Source: a cyanobacterium endosymbiont of Epithemia turgida isolate EtSB Lake Yunoko (lineage in GTDB: Bacteria > Cyanobacteriota > Cyanobacteriia > Cyanobacteriales > Microcystaceae). From it: a DNA stretch of 32,000 bases. The DNA lies in contig NZ_AP012549.1 of the NCBI RefSeq assembly GCF_000829235.1, positions 1,080,001-1,112,000 on the forward strand, in the 5' to 3' direction. Every line of letters begins with the position of its first letter. Position 1 is the stretch's first letter. A program made the translations under genes and the position numbers. This document shows positions 19,166 through 28,019 of the stretch, piece after piece. The notes beneath the pieces were generated by a model. That model was not told the origin of the DNA, made no database searches, and worked only from the letters and a program-made list of their open reading frames with translations.

Positions 19166-20248
19166 ATGAATCAGTTAGACTTTGACCGAAAAATAATGCA
19201 ACGATGTTTACAATTAGCCCAGCAAGGGTTAGGACAAACTTCTCCTAATCCTTTAGTAGGATCAGTAATTGTCCAAAATTGGAAAATAGTAGGTGAAGGT
19301 TTTCATCCCAAAGCTGGATCTTCTCACGCCGAGATTTTGGCCCTACAAAATGCGCAGGAAAAAGCAAAAGAAGCGACAGTTTATGTTAACCTCGAGCCCT
19401 GCAATCATTATGGTCGGACTCCTCCCTGTACAGAGGCTTTGATTAAAGCAGGGGTTAAGAAAGTAGTTATCGGTATGGTTGACCCTAATCCTTTAGTTTC
19501 AGGAAAAGGGATCGAAAAACTCAAACAAAGTGGAATTGAGGTGGTGATTGGAGTAGAAGAAGCCGCATGTCGTCAGTTAAATGAAGCCTTTATTCATCGT
19601 GTTTTATATCAAAAACCCTTGGGGATTTTAAAGTATGCTATGACCCTTGATGGTAAAATCGCTGCGACTACAGGTCATAGTACTTGGGTAACGGGAAAAT
19701 CATCGCGTCGTTTAGTCCATCAAGTTAGAGCAGCTTGTGACGCAGTAGTAGTTGGTGGCAATACAGTTCGACAAGATAACCCTAATTTAACTACCCATCA
19801 GGTGGGAGGGTCTAATCCTTTACGGGTGGTAATGAGTCGTAGTCTTGATTTACCTCTTCAAGCAAATCTTTGGCAAACAGATATTGCCCCTACGTTAGTC
19901 TTTACAGAAATAAATAGTAATCCCATGTTTCAAGAAAAATTAAGTCATCAAGGGATTGAAGTAATAGAATTAACTTCCTTGACTCCATTAGAGGTGATGA
20001 AAGTTCTTTATCAAAAGGAAATATCCAGTGTTTTATGGGAATGTGGGGAAACATTAGCAGCACATGCGATCGCTGATGGGGTGATTCAAAAAATTATGGC
20101 TTTTATTGCTCCTAAAATTATTGGCGGTTTAACATCTCCTTCACCCATAGGAGAGTTAGGATTGAAACAGATGACTGAAGCGTTAGAAATACAAAAAATT
20201 ACTTTAAGTCAAATTGATCAAGATATTTTAGTTGAAGGATATTTATAA
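19166..20248 (+). CDS. ribD: Bifunctional riboflavin biosynthesis protein RibD (pyrimidine deaminase / uracil reductase)
   Basis: 360 aa. The deaminase zinc motifs are HAEILAL and PCNHYGRTPPC. The C-terminal reductase domain has KYAMTLDGKIA. It contains an intact HIP1 site. Confidence 0.93.
   Translation: MNQLDFDRKIMQRCLQLAQQGLGQTSPNPLVGSVIVQNWKIVGEGFHPKAGSSHAEILALQNAQEKAKEATVYVNLEPCNHYGRTPPCTEALIKAGVKKVVIGMVDPNPLVSGKGIEKLKQSGIEVVIGVEEAACRQLNEAFIHRVLYQKPLGILKYAMTLDGKIAATTGHSTWVTGKSSRRLVHQVRAACDAVVVGGNTVRQDNPNLTTHQVGGSNPLRVVMSRSLDLPLQANLWQTDIAPTLVFTEINSNPMFQEKLSHQGIEVIELTSLTPLEVMKVLYQKEISSVLWECGETLAAHAIADGVIQKIMAFIAPKIIGGLTSPSPIGELGLKQMTEALEIQKITLSQIDQDILVEGYL
20066..20073. repeat. HIP1 octamer GCGATCGC
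   Basis: An exact GCGATCGC lies inside ribD. Confidence 0.6.
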
Positions 20249-21493
20249 ATTGTTAATCGATAACTTAGCATTATAGCTCTTGTGAACTGAGTATGATCAG
20301 TTAATAACTTCCAAAACTTTTATTCCGGCTATATTCTATGATGTTGTTATAGCCAGTTTCAAAGGAACATGGTGATTTAATTGGGTTCAAATTGGTCGAG
20401 TTTGTTAGGAAACTTATTTGTACAAGACCGGTCAACTAGGACTAGGAAAATAGGTTGACTGCTTAAGTCCATACTTGTCAATACTAAGGCAGTGATTTTA
20501 GATGTAATTTAAATTGGTTAAAAATGACTTGTAAATAACATTGGTAATGTATAGTTAATAACTATACCTAAATTAATTATTAAAATTATCTCTCTTAATT
20601 AACTTAATGAATGGCGCAACAAAGATGTTAAGTTTAAGCTATATCAACCTCATTGAGTTCAGAATTAATATTTTATAGCTGAAATAATAGTTGATTAGTT
20701 TTAAATAATGAATGAGCAATCCCAAAAAAGTTTAAAAAAATTTAAATTAATTTAATCAATGGAACTGCGTATTATAGTTAGGCACTTAATAAAGTCTGAT
20801 AACGTTATTAAACGATACTACTGTCTACAGTGATATTATTATATTATTTTTTACTGCTAATTCTTTCAAAATTTTATTCACTATTGTCTTTTCTGAACAA
20901 ATTTAACTTAGTTAAATAAATAATTAAAGAAAAAAATACTAAGGATAGCAATTAGAAGTAATTCTAGATAAAGGAATGTTTGGTTAAGTTCAACAGGTTA
21001 AAGGTTAACAATTGGGACTATAGTTTCTTTCCATAAGGTTCTCTTGTCGTTGAGCAAACCGTACAGCGGAGATACCGCCAATGGAGAAGACTGTAGAAAC
21101 AGCTAACACATGAACGGACAGCAATCTTACGGTGAAATGGTGTTTTTCTGAATTTAGCTATCAACAGCCTCACAAAGCTTAGATGTTTTCAGTTATTAAA
21201 CTTGTTTGAGAATTAACTCCCCTAATAGGGCAGTCAAAAGTACTTTTTTGTTAACAAAATATATAGGGTTTACTCATAAACACAAGCTACCTTGGCTCTT
21301 TATATCCACATTTGTGCAGGTATACTCCTTTCTGAAAAATTATGGGAAAGCTCTCCGTAAAATTTATTGCGCTTTGACTGGTAACCGAAGGATAGAAGTG
21401 TGGAGAAACATAACTTAAATAGGGACTGGACCATATTTGTTCCCCTACGAGTAGGTTGTTAAAAATACTTGATTAAAAATCTCCTCTTCACCC

Positions 21494-21523
21494 TTGGCAA
21501 ATTTGGAATTAATATGAGATAAT
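21494..21523 (+). promoter_or_regulatory. Candidate sigma-70 promoter of rpmG-rpsR
   Basis: TTGGCA (21494-21499), an 18-nt spacer, then GATAAT (21518-21523) preceded by TGA (extended -10-like). It lies about 55 nt upstream of the rpmG ATG. Such hexamers are common by chance in AT-rich DNA. Confidence 0.25.
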
Positions 21524-21576
21524 GTACATTTATATGTTAAAATAAGTAATTACCCATTTGCTAAGTAAGATAGACT

Positions 21577-21771
21577 ATGGCCGCTAAAAAAGGAGTACGT
21601 ATCGTCATTACCTTGGAGTGTACTGAGTGTCGGACAAACACAGAAAAACGCTCATCAGGGGTTTCTCGCTATACTACAAGCAAGAATCGCCGTAACACCA
21701 CAGCGAGAATGGAAATTAAAAAGTTCTGTCCCCATTGTAATACTCACACCATACATAAGGAAATCAAATAG
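21577..21771 (+). CDS. rpmG: 50S ribosomal protein L33 (zinc-ribbon form)
   Basis: 64 aa with CTEC...CPHC cysteine pairs and typical L33 sequence ([10 protein letters not shown]). Confidence 0.95.
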   Translation: MAAKKGVRIVITLECTECRTNTEKRSSGVSRYTTSKNRRNTTARMEIKKFCPHCNTHTIHKEIK

Positions 21772-21813
21772 TCATCGGTCGTCGTAAAGTCTGTAAACAA
21801 TTAAACCAAACAT

Positions 21814-22029
21814 ATGAGTTACTATCGTAAGCGTCTTTCTCCCATACCTCCGAGTCAACCCATTGACTATAAAGACACAGAACTCCTAAGAAAGTTCATC
21901 ACAGAACGGGGGAAAATTTTACCCCGACGGATTACAGGGTTGACAGCCAAACAACAACGGGACTTAACGACTTCTGTGAAAAGAGCTAGACTTATTGCTT
22001 TGTTACCTTTCGTAAACAAAGAAGCATAA
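21814..22029 (+). CDS. rpsR: 30S ribosomal protein S18
   Basis: 71 aa with [41 protein letters not shown]. Confidence 0.95.
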   Translation: MSYYRKRLSPIPPSQPIDYKDTELLRKFITERGKILPRRITGLTAKQQRDLTTSVKRARLIALLPFVNKEA

Positions 22030-22299
22030 GTTAAGATTGAAGCTATCACTCAAAACCTTATGACTTAAGCAAGAGATGGAGTAAGAATTGGTCTTCGTTC
22101 TACTAAATGAAGTCGGTCAACTTGAGGAAGTGAACTGGAGTGGAAGTAAGCATAACAAAAAAGTTTAAGAGATTCTACCACAGGTAAGAACTATCGGTAA
22201 TTCCGTTAATGTTAACTCTGAGATTAAAAGTCACACATGATCTAAAACCGTCAAGCTAGACTCAATAGTAAAAAGACGGGACTCCTAAATCAAGGAGGA

Positions 22300-24342
22300 A
22301 TGTTAATAGTTAAGGCAGCAAAGCGGGTGGAAAAAGGAAAACTCATTGAATTTAGGGTACAGGGAGAACGTCGTATTGCAGTCGTTGACCGCCCAGAAGG
22401 AAAAAAAGATTGGATGGTCATTGATGTTGAAGGTCAATCCCATAAAATTCGACCTCAACGGGTAGAATATGAGATAAATGGAAGTTCCTACACAATTAAA
22501 GATATTCCCCAGTTTTTACAAGAAGTTGAACCCTACCTTGACCCCTCTAGTTTAGAAGTGGCTTGGGAGTTGCTAGTAGAAAATGGACAGGGGGTGACTC
22601 CTTCTGAAATGGCGCAATTGCTGTTTTCTGAAGCTTCTCCAGCTCACTGTTATGCAGCTCACAGTTTATTGTGTGACGATAAAATTTACTTTAAGAAAAA
22701 AGGGGCTAGTTACGAGCCGAGAACCAGTGGTCAAGTTGAAGAAATCAAACATCAACTAGAGGTTAAACAGCAACGTCAGCAAGAAAAAGAAGTATTTTTA
22801 ACTAACATAGAAAAAGCTCTGGCAGGGCAAGAGATTGATTGGGCAGAAAGCGATCATAATCGTTTGGAATTGTTAGAACGCTTAGTTTTACAGCCGGAAC
22901 AAGCCAATCGTAATTCTCAAGAAATTTTAGATGAAATTGGACGACCTCCTACTCCAGAAGCGGCTTTTAAGTTGTTAGTAGAATTAGGATGGTGGAGTCG
23001 TAACGAAAACCTATTTCTGCGGCGTAGTTCTTATCCAATTCAATTTTCTAGAAAGGTACTTGACGTGGTGCAATTCTATTTAGAAAACCCTCCTCCTGAT
23101 CGAGACAGTAATCGCCTTGATTTAACCCATCTCAAAGTCTATACCATCGATGATGAAAGTACTGAAGAAATTGACGACGGGTTGAGTGTGGAATTCTTAG
23201 GGGATGATCAGATCAAACTCTGGATTCATATCGCCGATCCAACTCGTCTAGTGACCCCAGGAGACGAATTAGATTTGGAAGCGCGAAGACGAAGTACCAC
23301 CCTCTATTTACCTACGGGTATGATTTCTATGTTTCCGATAGAATTGGCAACTGGCCCAATGAGTTTACGCCAGGGTAAAATCTGTCCGGCCTTAAGTTTT
23401 GGCGTAATTTTAGATGATAAAGGAGCAGTTCTTGATTATTCGATCCACGCCAGTTTAATTAAACCAACCTATCGCCTTACATATCATGATGTAGATGAGA
23501 TGTTTCACTTAGCTATTAAAGCTGAACCAGAGATCCCTATCCTGGCTGACGCTTCCAAGCAGCGACATCGATGGCGGAAGTCTCAAGGATCGATTACTAT
23601 CAAGATGCCAGAGGCAGTTATTAAAGTTAAATCCGAAGATGATATTGTAATCGAACTGATTGATAGTTCAAGAGCAAGACAATTAGTCGCAGAAATGATG
23701 ATTTTAGCCGGGGAAGTGGCTGGACGTTATTGTCAAGAACACAGTTTACCAGTTCCGTTTAGAGGACAGCCTCAACCAGAATTACCCCCAGAAGAAGAAT
23801 TACTCTTATTACCTCCAGGACCTGTGAGAGCTTGTGCTTTGCGCCGTTGTATGCCTCGTAGTGAGATCGGAACTTTACCTAATAGACATGCAAGTCTAGG
23901 TTTAAATACTTATACTCAAGTGACCTCGCCCATTCGCCGTTATACGGATTTGTTAACTCATTTTCAACTTAAGGCACATTTACGGGGCGAGCCTTTTCCA
24001 TTTCCCCTTGATGTTATGCAACAGATTATTTATAGCGTGACTTTATCAGCGCAAGAGGCGACGTTAGTAGAACGACAAACTAATCGTTATTGGGGATTAG
24101 AGTTTTTGCGACGTAATGCTGATCAAATTTGGCAAGGAGTAGTTTTGCGTTGGTTGCGAGAAGATGAAAATTTAGGAATCTTGTTACTCGAAGAATTAGG
24201 ATTAGAATTGCCTCACCGCTTTGAAAGGGCTGTATCTTTGGGTGATCGCTTGTTGGTTCAGGTTAGTCGTTCTGATCCTCATCGTGATGAGATTCGCTTT
24301 CGAGAGATGCCTAAACACGAAGTCCAATCAAGTATGATTTAA
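22300..24342 (+). CDS. rnb: RNase II / RNase R family 3'-5' exoribonuclease
   Basis: 680 aa with RNB-domain motifs YTIDDESTEEIDDG and HASLGLNTYTQVTSPIRRYTDLLTH. The start is uncertain. ATG 22300 has AAGGAGG only 1 nt upstream. An in-frame GTG at 22327 would give (M)EKGKLIEFR..., the N-terminus I recall for orthologues. Confidence 0.9.
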   Translation: MLIVKAAKRVEKGKLIEFRVQGERRIAVVDRPEGKKDWMVIDVEGQSHKIRPQRVEYEINGSSYTIKDIPQFLQEVEPYLDPSSLEVAWELLVENGQGVTPSEMAQLLFSEASPAHCYAAHSLLCDDKIYFKKKGASYEPRTSGQVEEIKHQLEVKQQRQQEKEVFLTNIEKALAGQEIDWAESDHNRLELLERLVLQPEQANRNSQEILDEIGRPPTPEAAFKLLVELGWWSRNENLFLRRSSYPIQFSRKVLDVVQFYLENPPPDRDSNRLDLTHLKVYTIDDESTEEIDDGLSVEFLGDDQIKLWIHIADPTRLVTPGDELDLEARRRSTTLYLPTGMISMFPIELATGPMSLRQGKICPALSFGVILDDKGAVLDYSIHASLIKPTYRLTYHDVDEMFHLAIKAEPEIPILADASKQRHRWRKSQGSITIKMPEAVIKVKSEDDIVIELIDSSRARQLVAEMMILAGEVAGRYCQEHSLPVPFRGQPQPELPPEEELLLLPPGPVRACALRRCMPRSEIGTLPNRHASLGLNTYTQVTSPIRRYTDLLTHFQLKAHLRGEPFPFPLDVMQQIIYSVTLSAQEATLVERQTNRYWGLEFLRRNADQIWQGVVLRWLREDENLGILLLEELGLELPHRFERAVSLGDRLLVQVSRSDPHRDEIRFREMPKHEVQSSMI

Positions 24343-25665
24343 AATTAGTGCAATAGGTCAATTTGATCTTTCTATAGGAGATTTGTTCAAGTGCTAGAAG
24401 TATATGATTTATTCTTATTTTCTTTTATATTATCAAATATTTTTATAGAAAAAATCGTCATAAATTAGTTATTTAATTACCTCTCATATTCTTGTTTGTT
24501 TTAGTCTAATTTCTTTATTTTTAACTAAAATATTTAAACTTTCTCTTGGATACAGAAATTATTTTTTAGTTAGATTAGTTGTAATATCTAGATTTTTCTA
24601 TAAAAATAACTAAAAAAATATAATAATAGTTACATCAGTTTTAAATTAAAAATTAACAAGCTTATAAAGCTTAAAACCTCAAATGAAGGTGTAAGCTAAA
24701 GTAAACCATAAGCGTAAACAATAAAAGACAAAAGAATCTGTTATATTTATAAAATATTCGCTAATTGATGGTAGGGAAAATCAAAAATTGATTGAAATAT
24801 TAGCTAACAGGTTTAAAATTTCCAGATTTTAAATAGTTGTTAAATCGGTAATATACTCTCAAAAAAAATTGATTGATGTAAAATGATAATAAAAAAATAT
24901 TTGCTGTTCCTAATTTTTAGGATAGAAAAACAAAATTTGGTAATGAAAAATTAAATTATAGCAACAAGTCAAATATTTTGGATGGTTTTATGAATCAGTA
25001 TTTATCTCAGCTTGATGAGAACAAATCCAGTGATGACTCAGGGAACCATAGTTTAAACTTTAACCGCTGGCAGATAGGTAAGAGAAAGAATTCTCACCAC
25101 CTTGACTCACATTTAACTAAAGGTAAACATTTAAGGAAGCTAAAGAAAAAGTGGGTAGTGAAATTGCTGAAATTGCGCAACTTACAATGACTCCAAACTA
25201 TTGGACCTCAATTATAACCTAATTACAAATATTAGGATAATCAGCAAATATAGGGTATTTGGAAATAAATAATGTGATTGTTTTTGACCAAAGAATAAGT
25301 GGGGACATAATTTAGAGAAAACGGTGAAATCAGGGGTGACTTATCATTGATGGAGTTAGTTCTACGTACATCGAATTAGCGATCTCGGTGGTTCAAAAAG
25401 AAGTCTTCTCTCAAGCTACAGAAAACTCATAGCAACAAGTATAAGTCGTTTCAGAAGTCCTGAACTAGACTGCCAAGTAATCGCTAGGATTAGGATTGAT
25501 GAAACTAATATTCCCCATTCTAGATTATTGCAAACTGAATAGCGCTAAACAAGAGCCTCTGATGCTAATATGCCAATGATTTTGGAAAAACAGAACGTAA
25601 GAGCTTCTGTTACTCTAAAAATAGCCACTAACCATTCAACTAACTAACTGTTTAGGAAACATCAA

Positions 25666-26319
25666 ATGACAAGTTACACAACAACGATTACCGAAGCCAG
25701 AGAATTATTTCGTGCTGCCTATGACAATCGCTATACTTGGGATATAAATTTTCCAGGGTATGCAGCAAATGTGATTTATAAACGAAAAGATAAGATTTTT
25801 ACTGGTCAAGTTCGAGTTAATCAGAATCTCAGTGCTGAGGTTTTAAATGTTGATGAACTTGAAATCAAAAAAGAACTTCATCATCAACTGTGGGAAATTG
25901 CTATTCACCGTATTCGTCGAGCCTTTGAAGACACTCACGGACAGAATACCTTTACGTATGGGGAAACAGATGATACTGGTGCGGTAGAACTCTTTGTCGG
26001 TGGTAAGTCAGAAGGAGATAGCTACAAAGTTCGTAACAATGAAGTGTGTTATGTTCGTCGTCATATTCATAGCGTAGTCGTTACTATCAATACCTTTAGT
26101 AGCCATAATACAGGAGAAGGCTATTTGTCTCACCGTTATGATTCTGTTTACCACGATTCTAAAACTGGAGAACTTAAAGGTGAAATAAATAATTTCGAGG
26201 ATAATTATGAAAAAGTAGGGAGGTATTATATTCTTGCCAGTCGTATTATCCAAACTAGAGAACAAAGAGAAATAACAACCGAAGTATTTAACTTTTATAA
26301 TATTCAGTTATTAAACTGA
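25666..26319 (+). CDS. Conserved cyanobacterial hypothetical protein (DUF3386-like, recalled from memory)
   Basis: 217 aa with gene-like composition. The N-terminus ARELFRAAYDNRYTWDINFPGYAANV resembles the DUF3386 family as I remember it. No catalytic motif is recognised. Confidence 0.7.
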   Translation: MTSYTTTITEARELFRAAYDNRYTWDINFPGYAANVIYKRKDKIFTGQVRVNQNLSAEVLNVDELEIKKELHHQLWEIAIHRIRRAFEDTHGQNTFTYGETDDTGAVELFVGGKSEGDSYKVRNNEVCYVRRHIHSVVVTINTFSSHNTGEGYLSHRYDSVYHDSKTGELKGEINNFEDNYEKVGRYYILASRIIQTREQREITTEVFNFYNIQLLN

Positions 26320-26376
26320 TAATAACTGGATTTGTATCCTTAACTTTAATATCACGATAGATATATATTATAGAAA

Positions 26377-26405
26377 CCAACCTTAGCACTGATGGCTAAG
26401 GTTGG
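26377..26405 (+). terminator. Candidate terminator of the DUF3386-like gene
   Basis: ccaaccttagc (26377-26387) pairs with gctaaggttgg (26395-26405), 11 bp perfect, with a 7-nt loop. It lies 58 nt after the stop. The trailing T-run is poor (gagtttatg). Confidence 0.4.
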
Positions 26406-26974
26406 GAGTTTATGAGAAATACCAAAATTTTTAGTGCTAATATAAATGCAATATAGCACTAGATAAATACATAAAAACTTGAGTATTTCCAAAAAATACG
26501 TAGGTAAATTAAAATAAGTCTAAATATAAAAACGCAGTCACAAAAAAGTTATTACTATCTCTTGTTTATCTTACAATTTTTATTTTTAATTAATATTAAT
26601 TATTATACTTCTTTAATCTCTTTTTAGAATAAATTTTTTCTATAAAGTGCCAGCAAAATCAAAAGAGATCACTCGAATATTTGATTATTTTTTGATGATT
26701 ATAAAATTTTTTATTGTTCTCTATCTATTTTATTTACAAACTTATACTACATAAGTATCTTTAATAGAAGAGAGTTACGTAAAATAAAAGCTTATAAAAT
26801 TAATAAAAAATATTTAAAGATAAATATGCTTTGGACAATAACGTTAAATAAAAAATTTTAGAAAAACAATATTAACTTAATCCTAGGGTTTTAAATATAA
26901 AGATACAAGATGATTTTTTATATTTAAATTATAATTAACTACTACTCCTTAGTTTGTTTCAAAAACAATAGTAT

Positions 26975-27016
26975 AAAAACCACCTATAAAAATAATTATT
27001 TTTATAGGTGGTTTTT
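26975..27016. terminator. Bidirectional intrinsic terminator, 42-nt perfect palindrome
   Basis: aaaaaccacctataaaaataa|ttatttttataggtggttttt is a perfect palindrome. It has a GC clamp ccacc/ggtgg and a T6 run after the stem on the + strand. An A5 run before the stem gives T5 on the minus strand. It lies about 115 nt downstream of the stop of the decayed recombinase ORF on the minus strand. Confidence 0.6.
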
Positions 27017-27129
27017 TCAGCAAATAAATTTTTGATTACTATCTTAACTTACTCTAATATAGATAATTTTTTATAAAAAACTTAATTAATATTGTCTAAC
27101 TTAAGGTTTCATTTTTTTCAACAGGGACT

Positions 27130-27505
27130 TTATTTTCCCGTAACTGAGTGATGAGAAATACTTTGAATACCTCTATAGCCTAGCATAGCTGTTCCTCTTT
27201 TAATAGAATGAGTAGCCCGCAATATTTAATTAACCAGTTCTCGATCTTCAACAACAAAAGATGGTTTTTATATTCCTAATTTAAGGATTTATAAAATATT
27301 CCCTAGTTCATCCAATGAAGTAACCTAGTATTTTTTGTTAATCTATAATAGTTTCTTTATTAACGCACAACAAAAATGGTCACAGTTAATGCATGTAACC
27401 AATCAATGAAGCCTATAATCCCAATATTACCGCATTTCTAAAAACTTGCTATAGATTATCTGGGACTCTCTGTTTCCTTCTAGTTCCAAACGGTGATTTA
27501 GATTC
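27130..27505 (-). pseudogene. Probable remnant of a tyrosine recombinase / phage-type integrase
   Basis: Minus-strand fragments appear in different frames. ESKSPFGTRRKQRVPDNL* resembles the K-x-R-x-VP segment. ...EDRELVN*ILRATHSIKRGTAMLGYRGIQSISHHSVTGK* resembles H-x-LRHT ... LGH-x-x-IQ-x-T-x-x-Y-x-H, with the His and Tyr positions substituted. There are multiple stops and frame changes. Confidence 0.4.
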
Positions 27506-27511
27506 AAACAA

Positions 27512-27551
27512 ATAATATGAGGGGTGAATGGCTACTCACCCCTCATATTAT
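27512..27551 (-). terminator. Candidate terminator of the 85-aa gene
   Basis: ataatatgaggggtga (27512-27527) pairs with tcacccctcatattat (27536-27551), 16 bp perfect, with an 8-nt loop. On the minus strand it is followed by ttgtttg. It lies about 210 nt downstream of the stop at 27762. Confidence 0.45.
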
Positions 27552-27761
27552 CAATCAGCAGTAATGGCAAAAACTGAACAGGAAATATTAAAAGTTTAAA
27601 TGATTTCCTTTCAGATTATGCTATCACACTACCTATTTAAAATCAGAAAATAGAGAAAGACTAACATATCCTTTTGTAAAACTATCAACTGTTTCCTGTT
27701 GACTAATTATCTAGCCGATAAGGCCATAACTCAAAAAGGTTGCTTACTTTTGCGATTTAGC

Positions 27762-28019
27762 TTAGGAAAAGAACCCTGGGACCCTTCCAGCCGATGCAGC
27801 GCCATCTTTCTGAGAAAGGATCACGGCACTGATTTGATCGCTCATCACAGCGATTTTCTTCTCCGTTTGTTTTTCACAAGTTAATTCAATTAATTCAGGA
27901 GTTAGGGAGCGCATAGCAGAGATAATTTTCTCATATAGAGAGTCTGCATCTTTTGTCTCTTTACGCTGGACGGAAATAGGTATAGACGTATATTTCAGGG
28001 TCAGTTCAATGCTAATCAT
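27762..28019 (-). CDS. Small conserved cyanobacterial protein of unknown function (85 aa)
   Basis: MISIELTLKYTSIPISVQRKETKDADSLYEKIISAMRS...ELTCEKQTEKKIAVMSDQISAVILSQKDG...GRVPGFF. I recall close homologues across cyanobacteria. Composition is gene-like. The opposite-strand ORF 27699-27884 is a shadow. Confidence 0.7.
   Translation of the reverse strand: MISIELTLKYTSIPISVQRKETKDADSLYEKIISAMRSLTPELIELTCEKQTEKKIAVMSDQISAVILSQKDGAASAGRVPGFFS

Noticed and set aside
20383-20393. tRNA T-loop-like gggttcaaatt
   Set aside because: The flanks cannot form a T-stem, acceptor stem or anticodon arm. No tRNA, rRNA, tmRNA or RNase P-like GC-rich structured segment was seen anywhere.
21206-21418. 70-aa ORF (non-ATG start) upstream of rpmG
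   Set aside because: It has a TTG start and no motifs, and the opposite strand shows equally long broken reading frames. It is probably a chance ORF or pseudogene debris.
24978-25190. 70-aa Lys/Asn-rich ORF in the desert after rnb
   Set aside because: The low-complexity product is typical of translated AT-rich DNA. It has a non-ATG start and no family resemblance.
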